DNA from: Selaginella moellendorffii
Lineage: Eukaryota > Plantae > Lycopodiophyta
Assembly: GCF_000143415.4 (NCBI RefSeq)
Contig: NW_003314285.1
Location: 833,370-897,369 of the forward strand
Direction: 5' to 3'
Length of the DNA stretch: 64,000 nucleotides
Shown here: positions 54,082-64,000 of the stretch, piece after piece
Layout of the letters: each line of letters begins with the position of its first letter
How positions within the stretch are numbered: the stretch's first letter is position 1
Translations under genes and position numbers: made by a program
Notes under the pieces: generated by a model
Seen by the model: the letters and a program-made list of their open reading frames with translations, nothing else
Database searches by the model: none
Told to the model about the DNA's origin: nothing

Positions 54082-54914
54082 ATGGCTGGACACAGGTTGT
54101 GGCTGCTCCAGCACAGCTCGCCGGCTTCGTTCCAGATTTGCAAGCCACGCAACAGTGGTTTGTCGTTGAGCAGGAGTTTTTGCAAGGTGTACAGCAGTGG
54201 TGGTGGTGGTGGTGGTGGTGAAGATGGAGGGGATAAGAATGCACAGGATGCTCTGGTGGAAATAGTGAGGCTCCAGAAGGGACAGATTGAAGTGGACGAG
54301 TTTGTCAAGGAGAGGGCCGAGCTGCTCAAGAACATCGCGGAGGGAGCCAATGACGAGTACCAGAGGATTGCCGACGATGTCAACAAAGGCCTGGAGGAGA
54401 TTGGCTCCAAGGTGAAAACGTTTTGATTCTTCTCGATAGTTATCATGTTCTCTCTCTCTCTCTATCTCAGGTGATTGAGAGCATGGAAGCCGATGTTGGC
54501 GAGCTCGAGCAAGAGATGGCACAAAGCAGAGCACAGATTGAAGCCGACGAGCGTGAATTCGCTGAGTTTGAGAAGAAGCTCGTCCAGGACAGGAGCGAGG
54601 GCCTTTTTTTCAAGTCGCTCTATCAGCCGCTCAAGAAATCGAGGAAGCCACCGGCGGCCAGTCACCAATTGATGGAGGAGCAGACGAAGAAAGTCGAGAA
54701 GGTGACCAAGCGAGCTGCGAAATCGTCGTCCAGGATCACAGTGTATGCCGCTCTAGCCATACTGCTGACGTTGACGATCGTGGAAGCCATTGCGACTGGC
54801 GAGGAGCTGTACAAGGTTGGTATTTACTCGGCGCTGCTACTGTGCTTAGCGTTGCAATTTGGATACGAGAGGCTCTTTGCCAACCAGAGCGAGGTGGACA
54901 AGCCAAAGGATTGA
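54082..54914 (+). CDS. uncharacterised plastid-targeted coiled-coil protein with two C-terminal TM helices, 2 exons
   Basis: Transit-peptide-like N-terminus, acidic coiled coil, DRSEGLFFKSLY, and two hydrophobic segments. Confidence 0.75.
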
Positions 54915-54935
54915 ATGTCCGCACCTCCAGCCGCG

Positions 54936-57900
54936 TCATGCTGTTAGAGCCTCTACCTCCTTTTGTTTCCTTGCTTTTCTTTTGATTAGCTTTACCGGAG
55001 GTGACTGCAAGGAAAGAAATGAGGAAAGAAATGTTGAAAGGAAGTGTATAAAGTTATGACCTCTTCTTGGGACTCCGGCTCTGCCACTACCGGAGAAATG
55101 TTCTCGTTGTTACTGTTTACATAAGGGGCCGCTTTGTCTCCCTTTCTCTGGCCACAGAAGTTCATCAAGTCTGTCAGAATGTTTGGAGAGTGTACCTTAT
55201 ATGATCTCTTTGGTGGCTTGCAAGCATCGTCTTTTTGCTTAGCAGTAGTGACTTCTCCCACAACCTGCAAAGCGGGTGAATTAGAACGAAACTCGTATCA
55301 AGATCTTGAGAAGTGCTACTTTGTTGTCAGGAATTGGCATTTGAGTCTCCAAGCTCTTTCCAGCCTTGGTCCTGGGTTTTCTCTTTACAACCACAAAAAC
55401 ACTGTGAGAAACATCTTTGATTATAGATTCAATTTCACTCACCTTGGGTGTGTTAGGATGCCCACCGGAATCCACGTTCAGTTGGCATTCTGCTGCACTA
55501 GACGGCTGCAAGAAATCACCTTCCATTAGACCTCGAATGTCTTTGCTCTCCTGTACTTGAATTTCGTTTGGAATTTCCAATGTAGTCGCATTAACTTCGG
55601 GAACTGCACGCGTTTTCTTCTACGTAGAAAGAAATCCGTGTAAGCTCAACTTGTTTCGCTTCAACTGACCTTAGATTGTCTCTTTGGTTTTGCGACCGCG
55701 ACTTCTGAAACCTTTACAAAAGCCATCGTCGTTATCCACATGGATTGTCCAAAGAATTTACCTTGTTCTTGTTCTGGATACTTCCATGAATGTTCACGGC
55801 CTTCACTAATTCTATCGTCGCCTCTAGTTCTTGGCCCTGGCAAACAGGACCCAAGCGGCATAGTTGGTCTTGTACCTCATCCTAGCAATAACATCAGTCT
55901 CCAACAATGTACTGCTTTAATGCTACCTTAATCGTTCGACTCTCCTTAAGATTGATGTCGGTCATTCTATGTACCTAGAAATCAACAGAGCATGAAAACG
56001 AGCTGAGGGGGAAAAAAAAAACGCTTTCGTACATTTGAGCTCTCGTCTGATGCGCGTCTGGACGAGCGCCTCTGCGTAGAGAAAAGAATTACAAACGTTT
56101 GAAGCGAAAGTAAACAATAAGTACCTTGTATGTAGATCCTTGGTCCACTTTTATTGATCTCTCCAGCAAGTCCAGAACCTTATTGGCAAGATCATCAGCC
56201 GGTGTTTGTGCTTTAGCTCCAGCATCTCCAGTATAACACTGGAACAGCTTGAGCACTTTATCCGTGTCAATGGACTGTTCAGGCGGTTTTCTCTCGTTCA
56301 CCGCAGTGAAATAATTTCCTTCTACTGGCAAGGACGTGGTTTCACTGGCCGCCAACTTCTCGCGGCCGGATGAATCTACATCGTCTTGTTCGATAGTGTC
56401 TATGCCGATCGTGCAAGGTGCCTGCTCGTAGTTCACGGATAGTTGCTGCAGAGTAAGTCCCCGCTCTTGATGTTCGTCCGTTACTGCGCGTTGCGTGTCC
56501 GTTTCAGCCTCGGTATCGTTCGTACTGAATTCGGTACTACGGCTGGAGTTGTCCGGGAAAACTTCTTCTTGCCTGTCCAAAGCAGCATAGTCCTCGGTGC
56601 CACAGCTGGGAATGTCCTCGTTGGCTGACAGAACTTCTTCCCCCTGCTCGATCAGAATTGTCACTTCGTCTTCTACAAGACGCTCCTCGCTATAAGCGTA
56701 GACTGATGTTACATGCATCCCTTGGTCCGCGATTGTTTGCTGCTCGGATAATTCCGGTGTCTCTACTATGATTTCCTGAGAGGTTCCCGAGACAGATAAT
56801 TCCAGTGTCTCTGCTGTGATTTCCTGAGAGGTTCCCAAGAAATCTGCCACCTCCTGCTGTTTCGCCAGTACTTTCGAGCGTGTAAGTCCGAAGGTTTTGG
56901 AAGCCAGCTTGCGAGTAGGACGCTTGACACGCTTACGCGATCTGCGACCAAGCTTTTCCTGAGAAGGGGAGGCTTCCAAATCTGTTTGTTCCTGTTGTGC
57001 GGGGATACTCTCTACGTCGTCACACCCTTTCTCGATGCACAGTGTCTCAGCTTTATCTCTTGGCGACAACCACCTTCGGCATATGTTTCTGAAGAAACCG
57101 GAAACTGATGCTGATAGCCATGAGTAAAGTGTCGTCGTCTGCTCTTCTACCGCTACTAGAGCATAATCTTTCTTTGTTTCCTCCACGAAGGGCTCGGAAG
57201 AAACACTTTCGTGCTTCTCAGTTGCGTCAGCTTTGCCTTGCAGAGGGATTCCCTCTTTAGCAGCTTCAGCATTTTTGGATACCTTCGCGACGGCGTCTTC
57301 TGTGCCTTGCAAAGAAGCTTCTTGCTTATTTTCATCAGCTTCACCAATCTTCGCAGTTTCGCCTTCTAGCTTCGAAGCCGATATCACAACCCCTCTCTTA
57401 ACTGGGAGATGCTTCCTGTATACTGTTCTCGAAAGTTCCAGCTTCGCACTCCCCTCTTCATTCCATAGGAAAATATAGCTCCACCGGTCGCTGATATATC
57501 TTCGTTCGATCTTCACCATCTCTGGCAGGCTTAGCAGGAAAGGAACGATCTTCGCATGTCCATAAAAGTTGGGCTCCAGACGTATGTTTCTCGCCACTAG
57601 TTGGGCATGGAGCTCGGCCAGCCATATTCCCTTTGGATACTGACGAAAGAGGTCATTCAGCTGACTTAAAACCTCCATCGGATACTCGGCTCTCTTGCTG
57701 CTCTTCATATCCGACGCTGGAGCCGTCGACGGGAAGAACAAGTACGACCACGTCTTGTTGTCCTTCATAAGCTGCCTCTCCACCCTCGCAAGGCGCGGTA
57801 AAGTTAGAAGATATGGAACCAGTTTCTTGTGACCGTAGAAATCGCTGTCAAACTGGATCTTCCGGGAGAGCATTTGTGCCTGAAGATCTCCCAGCCATAA

Positions 57901-59275
57901 ACCTTTTGGGTGAGCCTTCAAAAGCGTGTCTAAGTGACCAAGCACGTCCGAAATACTCTCAGTTTTGCTGGCCTTCTCAGCACGCCTCGTGTCGGGAGCA
58001 GGGTTCGCTGACTTTCCGGGAACTGAGTTTGCCTTGAACGATATAGTTTCTGCGGACTTCGTTGTGAAAGCTTGCGCTGCTGCTGACTGCGACTTGGTTG
58101 TGGAAACCTGCACTGCTGCTGGCTGCGACTTAATCGTAAGGACTTGCGCTGCTGGTGGCTGCGACGGCGAAGGAACAGATGGTGAGAGTGGCGCCGAAGA
58201 CACGGAAGGAAAATTCGGTGAAGAGACAGAGTATGGCGATATACTAGGAGCTGTTTCGGACTGAGGCAAAGGTGGAAGCACGGATGGAACAGTACCGAAG
58301 GACGAAGAAGACGATGACGATGAGCACGAGAATGGTGGAGGAACCGGAGGACACGAAAATGGCGGCGTTGAGAAGTAAGGAATTTTGTGTTGCTGGCTGG
58401 ACTTGGATCCGCTATCAACCTGACTGCTAGCTCCCAGAGATGGAGAGGGTGGTGGTGGTGTTTTCAACAGTGGTGGCAGAATCGGCCTCGGAGCTGGACC
58501 GTCAATGCTCCACGACGTCGCAGCAACCAGCGCCTCGCCCCTCACAAGGCTGTTCCAGTACCACACGCGGCTAGCAGCTCCCAGGAGCGATGGAGATATG
58601 TAAGCTCCCGCCGGACACGCTAGCAGGACGTTGTAGTTCCTCATCCGGAGCTTGTGGAGAGCTGTGGAGAAGTCTCGATCTCCCGATATGAGAAACAAAT
58701 GCGCTGGAGGAGGATTTTCGATCGTCCACAGTATAAGATCCATGAGCAATGCTCTGTCACTCGATTCCGACTCCTTCCCACCTGGAGTTACAAAGAAGAA
58801 AAACGTAAGCAAAGAAAAGAGAGAATTTTTGGACCTGATGGTACGTGATGGAGACGAATTCCAGTGGCCGAGAGGCTCTCCTGGACACATCGCGAGAGCT
58901 GGAGCATGTCGCCATAGCCGGAGATGCTCACGGGACCTTTGAATCCGCTGGATCGCAAGCCCGAGACAATGTTGAGCCCCACGCGATGCGCATCGATCCC
59001 ATACGGCACATTGCAATTCTCGAAATCCCACCACACCCCGATCTTCACTGCCGCGCCACCCGCATCCCATCCGGCGCCATAGACCGCGGCATTCCGATCA
59101 TCGGCGGCATCCACGGCCAGAGCCTGGCATTCCGGAGTGGAAAATATCGAGCGGGAGGGAAGCGATCGATGCTGCGATGAATCAATCCCCTGAGAATCGC
59201 AAGCGAGGAGGAAAATCAAACTACCTGGATGCTGCGGAGGAGGAATGCGGGCTTGATCTTGGCGAGGCGCGTCAT
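54936..59275 (-). CDS. NYN-domain nuclease with two OST-HTH/LOTUS-like repeats (MARF1/MNU-like), probably mitochondrial
   Basis: NYN motifs VWWDFENC, SDRALL and LFLISGDRDFSTALHKL. Two repeats LL..HPKGLWL..L...FYGHKKL..YL. Presequence-like MTRLAKIKPAFLLRSIQ. The C-terminal exons are tentative. Confidence 0.8.
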
Positions 59276-59511
59276 GCTCCTCTCCCCGCCATGCCCAAAA
59301 CCCTGAACCCTAGACCTAGAGATAAACGTGGCTTATGTTTAAAGGCCTTTAAACACGATTGGACATTCTTGTGTAAAGAATGGACAAGAATTTTAGTGGA
59401 ATGTTTTTAAAACTTGTCACTCACGTGGACCAATCCATTCGTGCTATTTTAAAAAATATAAACCAGAGCCTTTTTTTCTCTAGGGCTCTTGGATAGGTCT
59501 AGCATCGCTGA

Positions 59512-62226
59512 ATGGAAAGCCAAGGCCTGGCGCTGGTGGATGTAGAGCGCGGCGATGTCAACGGTACCGATTTCAAGGAGCCGCTGCTGCCGCGCAAGAA
59601 ATCTCACTTCCCAGTCTTCGCCACGGGCAATGAGAGCGTCTCCTTCACCGGGATCATCAAATCGAATGTGTCGAGCCTCGAGAGCTTGGATTACGAGTAA
59701 GATCACTTGTCTAGTTCCTCTCTTTCGATCCGATCTGGAATTTTTGGATCCCGGCTGCTAGGATCGTGGAGAATGATGTGTTCAAGCAGGATTGGAGAGC
59801 TCGCACGAACTACGAAGTGCTCCAGTACGTTATTATGAAATGGACGTTTGCGTGCCTCATTGGAGTACTCACTGGCCTCGTGGCATTGCTGATCAACTTG
59901 GCGGTGGAGAACATCGCTGGAGCTAAGCTCCTTATCACACTCAAGCTCCTTCAATCGAATAGGTAGGAACCTTTTGTTTTCACTCTTCCTTTTCTTTTCC
60001 ATGTCGGTGTTCTTATTTATTACAATGCGATCTACAGATATGTGCTTGCAGGACTGTTGCTTACTGGGATCAATCTAGTTCTTGTGTTATTTTCCTCGGT
60101 TCTGTGCGTCTACTTTGGTCCTGCTGCTGCCGGTTCCGGGATTCCTGAAGTAAAGGCTTATCTCAATGGTATCGACGCTCCAGAGATCTTGGCACCCAAC
60201 ACCTTGGTGGTGAAAGTAAGTAAGCTTTTCCACACGTAGACTTAAACTCATGTAACGGAGGTAATTTGCAGATCCTGGGTAGCATAGGGGCCGTGTCTGC
60301 TGGATTATGTGTTGGAAAAGAAGGGCCTCTAGTGCATGTCGGTGCTTGTATAGCTTCTTTGCTGGGACAAGGTGGATCAAAGCGATACCACCTCAGATGG
60401 AAATGGCTGCAAGTTTTTAAAAAGGATAAAGACCGTCGTGACTTGGTGACTTGTGGTGCTGCAGCTGGAGTTGCAGGAGCATTCAAGGCTCCTGTTGGTG
60501 GAGTACTGTTTGCCCTTGAAGAGGCATCGTCATGGTACCTGTTTCTTTTTACTTTTTCCTCCTGCGTATTCACTCGCGTTCTCTTCACAGGTGGCGCAGC
60601 TCTCTCTTGTGGAGAACATTCTTCACCTCGGCTGTGGTTGCCGTAGTACTCAGGATCGGCAGCATGCTGTGCAAGGAAGGAAAGTGTGGGCTCTTTGGAG
60701 CTGGTGGCCTGATTCTCTTTGACGTTAGCGATGTGGTCGTTGGTTTCTCACTTCTGGACTTTCTTCCGGTGGTGGTCTTGGGTGTAAGCGGCGGTATCAT
60801 CGGCAGTATCTTCAACAAGCTGAGTTCCAGGACTTGTGTGTTCTACTCGCATTATCTGCACAAGTAAGTCTGTCACAGCTATCTTTGAGCTATCTCCTAA
60901 TGCTTTTGATACACCAGGAAAGGTTCGGTCGCTAAGGTGATGCTGGCATGCTTTGTCGCCCTCGTCACCTCGATTTTCTGCTTGTGCCTCCCTGCGCTGG
61001 GGCATTGCAGACCGTGCCCGCATGAGGCTCTTATGGCAAACGAGTGTCCCAGCTACGGGCGAACAGGAAACTTTAAGAAGTTCAACTGCGAAGCTGGCCA
61101 TTACAACGACCTGGCGAGCTTGTTATTCACAACAAACGACGACGCCATTCGGAACCTGTTCAGCACCAACACTCCGCAAGAGTACCATTACGCGTCGGTG
61201 CTCATTTTCCTCGTCGAGACGTTCCTGCTTACGCTGATGACTTACGGGATCGCGGTGCCGTCGGGTTTATTCATTCCAGTCATCCTCAACGGGGCTTCCT
61301 TTGGCCGACTGGTGGGCATACTCATGTCCTCGTCACACAACTTGAAGCTGGACGAAGGCCTGTACGCGGTGCTCGGTGCGGCGGCTTTCCTCGGTGGCTC
61401 GATGAGGATGACCGTGTCACTCTGCGTCATCCTTTTGGAGCTGACCAACAACTTATCGATGCTGCCGCTCGTCATGCTCGTCCTCCTCATCTCCAAGACA
61501 GTGGGAGATATATTCAACAAGGGACTCTACGACATCCACGTCCGTCTCAAGGGGTTTCCTCTGCTCGAATCGCACTCGGAGCCATTCATGCACCAGCTGA
61601 CGGCCGCGGACGCGCTGAAGAACCCGCTGGTGAAGATGGCCCGGGTGGAGAAGGTCGGGGTCATCATGGACATTCTCAGGAACACGAAGCACAACGCTTT
61701 CCCGGTCATCGATTTCTCCTCGCCACCTGGGAAGCCTGTCTTCTGCGGACTGGTGCTGCGCTCCCATCTCCTGGTGCTGCTCAAGCACAAGGCCTTTCAG
61801 CCCAGGAGGGATTCTTCGCTGGACATCCTCAAGCTCTTCTCCGGCTTCGATTTCGCAAAGCCCGGCTCTGGGAAAGGCATGGTCATCGACAACATAGAAG
61901 TGAGCAGCGAGGAAGAAGACATGTACATCGACATGTATCCCATTACGAACGCGTCACCGTATACTGTACTGGAGACGATGTCATTGGCGAAAGCGTACAC
62001 ATTGTTCCGCCAACTCGGCCTACGGCATCTTTGCGTCATGCCCAAGACCCCACAGGTAAGTTTTGAGTAGTTCTATGTTTTAACTCACGCTCTATACAAA
62101 CAGGACGAGCCGATCTTAGGAATTTTAACGCGCCACGATTTTGTGCCGGAAAACCTGTTGACGCTGTATCCGTACCTCAAGCACAGGGCTACCAAGGTTC
62201 CCAGGCTTTCCAGCTTCCTGGCTTGA
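59512..62226 (+). CDS. CLC anion channel/antiporter (CLC-c-like) with two CBS domains, multi-exon
   Basis: SLESLDYE, GSGIPE, GKEGP, GGVLFALEE, PSGLFIP, HNAFPVID, and GLRHLCV. Confidence 0.95.
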
Positions 62227-62395
62227 TTCATTATTTATTGTGATTTGTTATTATCCTTCATTTCGGTGCGATGTTCTTCATGTGTACAGAGGTTGAAACA
62301 TAATGGTATCAGCGAGATTTTTCTTCCAGTTTTTAGAACTTTTTAAACTATAAATATATTAGCTTTAAAACATGTAATAATAATGAAAGATAAGT

Positions 62396-63418
62396 TTATT
62401 GTATATATGGGTGATGGTCACATCCATCTCCATTGATTATGAGACAAAACATGAGTACTATAAATATGAAAAACAAGACAATGGGCTCCTCAATCGCTCC
62501 GTAAACAAACAGTATAACAAGTAAAACCACCTCTAAGAAAAGGGCTATGGACGCCCCCTGTTTCATGTCTTCTTCTTGTTCCAAGCTCGTGAGATCGGCT
62601 GGCAGGCTGTTACCGGTGGCATCGGCAAAGTCTTTGAGAATCTTCTTGGCGACTCTTTGCTGGGGGTCGAAGTGCTTGAGATAGCTCCTTGGAGAATCCA
62701 GCATCAAAGGTGAGATGTTGACAACGTAGACGAAGGCGAGGCAGGCGTTGAAGAGGTATACGTGCCGCCATGTTGGTAACAGCGGGATGGCGATCACGGG
62801 AAGGAGCACGGCGAACTGGATGCAAACGATTGTCCATGCCGCATTTGAGAGGCTGTGCTTGCCGTGACACCACCGATCCTCGTCGAAGACGTGGAAGATC
62901 CCCATCTGGACGTTGGAGACGTAGCAGAAGAACTTGACGATTTCAAGGGGGAAGGCGTTGGGAGAGATTGTGAGCCAGATCTCACATACGGCTCCAATGA
63001 AGAATGTGCAGCTTATGATCCATTTCTTGCTGTGCACGACGTGGGCAAGCAAGCCTGCGTGGGAGAAAAGGTGGTGGAAATCAAATATTGCGAAGACCAA
63101 GGCTTGGAGAATTGGGGACTTACCCATTAAAAGGATCTCCAAGACGATCGAGAAGCCCAGGAATGGCTGTAGAGGAGCATCCTGATCGCCTCCAGTGATG
63201 CTCACTAGCTTAAACGCTAGCGAGTGGTGGAATGTATGTTTTGATCCCCAGAAAACGTATGCCAAGTGAAAGAAACTGACCACGCAGCTTAGGGAATAGA
63301 AGATACTTTGGCGTTGAAACAGCCACTCATGCTTCGCCCATCCCTGCTCAATCTCTTCCAGTGAATACTGACCATTGCGATTAGCACGACTAATTCCTCG
63401 TAGCAGCCCTTCTTCCAT
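62396..63418 (-). CDS. divergent multi-pass membrane protein resembling the N-terminal half of plant OCT (SLC22-like MFS) transporters
   Basis: Intronless 340 aa with several hydrophobic segments. TWRHVYL...LDSPRSYL...AKKILKDFADATG resembles OCT SWR.LY...ESPRWL...A..IL..IA..NG. Confidence 0.55.
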   Translation of the reverse strand: MEEGLLRGISRANRNGQYSLEEIEQGWAKHEWLFQRQSIFYSLSCVVSFFHLAYVFWGSKHTFHHSLAFKLVSITGGDQDAPLQPFLGFSIVLEILLMGKSPILQALVFAIFDFHHLFSHAGLLAHVVHSKKWIISCTFFIGAVCEIWLTISPNAFPLEIVKFFCYVSNVQMGIFHVFDEDRWCHGKHSLSNAAWTIVCIQFAVLLPVIAIPLLPTWRHVYLFNACLAFVYVVNISPLMLDSPRSYLKHFDPQQRVAKKILKDFADATGNSLPADLTSLEQEEDMKQGASIALFLEVVLLVILFVYGAIEEPIVLFFIFIVLMFCLIINGDGCDHHPYIQ

Positions 63419-63490
63419 AAAATCGCACAGAACCTAAACTTAAACCTTAAGTATACTAATATATTAATGAATAAATATTACAAATTATTA

Positions 63491-64000
63491 TTATTGTAAT
63501 GGAAAGCACAAAATTTTTGGAACAAATCTACTACCGCGCTCCAACCAACAATACATCAAAGCAAGTTCCTGCGCAAGAGCAACCAGAACCTTTGCTTTGC
63601 TCACACCTTGCTCTTTCAGAACTGGGCGATCTTCAGGCAGGATGTTCTCAGTTGCATCTGCAAAATCTTTGACCACGTCGAGGGCGCTGCTCTGATCAGA
63701 AGAGAAGCCCCTTAAGCACCACAAGTAGTCCACGGGAGAGTCCATCATGTGTGGCACGATGAAAGCCAAGTACGCAAACGTAAAGCATGCGTTCCACTCG
63801 AGCAAACACTTCCAAGTCGATAAGTGACGCGCAGCAAGAATGGGCCAGAAGATCCCAGCTTGCAAACACAAGAAAACCAGTACCGTCGTGGCGGGATCAT
63901 CGCGCTTCCCATGAAACCAGAAATCTTCCTCAAACCAGTGGCAAATTCCCATGAAAACGTTGGAGACGTAGCAAAACGAGATGATAACCTCAAGCACGCA
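63491..64000 (-). CDS. tandem paralogue of the preceding membrane protein (3' part only)
   Basis: Shares FCYVSNV.MGI.H.F.ED.W.HGK, STW, MDSP and KDFADAT.N.LP with 62396-63418. Confidence 0.65.
   Translation of the reverse strand, partial: CVLEVIISFCYVSNVFMGICHWFEEDFWFHGKRDDPATTVLVFLCLQAGIFWPILAARHLSTWKCLLEWNACFTFAYLAFIVPHMMDSPVDYLWCLRGFSSDQSSALDVVKDFADATENILPEDRPVLKEQGVSKAKVLVALAQELALMYCWLERGSRFVPKILCFPLQ

Overview
Gene-dense plant nuclear DNA with very short introns (about 45-70 nt) and intergenic gaps often under 150 bp. This compactness and the intronless PLS-class PPR genes point to a lycophyte, most likely Selaginella; that is my inference, not a database check. About 22 protein-coding loci are recognisable: three PPR genes, NRPC1, CDKD, an AG-peptide, a TM-Cache-like-HAMP hybrid histidine kinase, anthranilate synthase alpha, TIFY8-like, LYRM7/MZM1-like, a GT90, a UBC4/5/6-type E2, plastid ACP, EEF1AKMT1-like, CRCK-like kinase, a carboxylesterase/GID1-fold protein, an nsLTP-like protein, an RRM+SPOC protein, an NYN+LOTUS nuclease, a CLC channel, two OCT-derived membrane proteins and two unknowns. 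There are also a decayed ACP duplicate and a PPR remnant. A degenerate 8.9-kb Ty3/gypsy element (31106-40030) is interrupted in its protease by a 3.7-kb non-coding element. That element has 541-bp, about 99% identical terminal inverted repeats, TGT...ACA ends, a 5-bp target-site duplication, many small hairpins and a central minisatellite; it is the most unusual object here. Other highlights are a carboxylesterase missing two of three catalytic residues, a bacterial/fungal-type sensor kinase, and repeated head-to-head placement of PPR genes at housekeeping promoters. Spliced gene ends were inferred by hand and may be slightly off.
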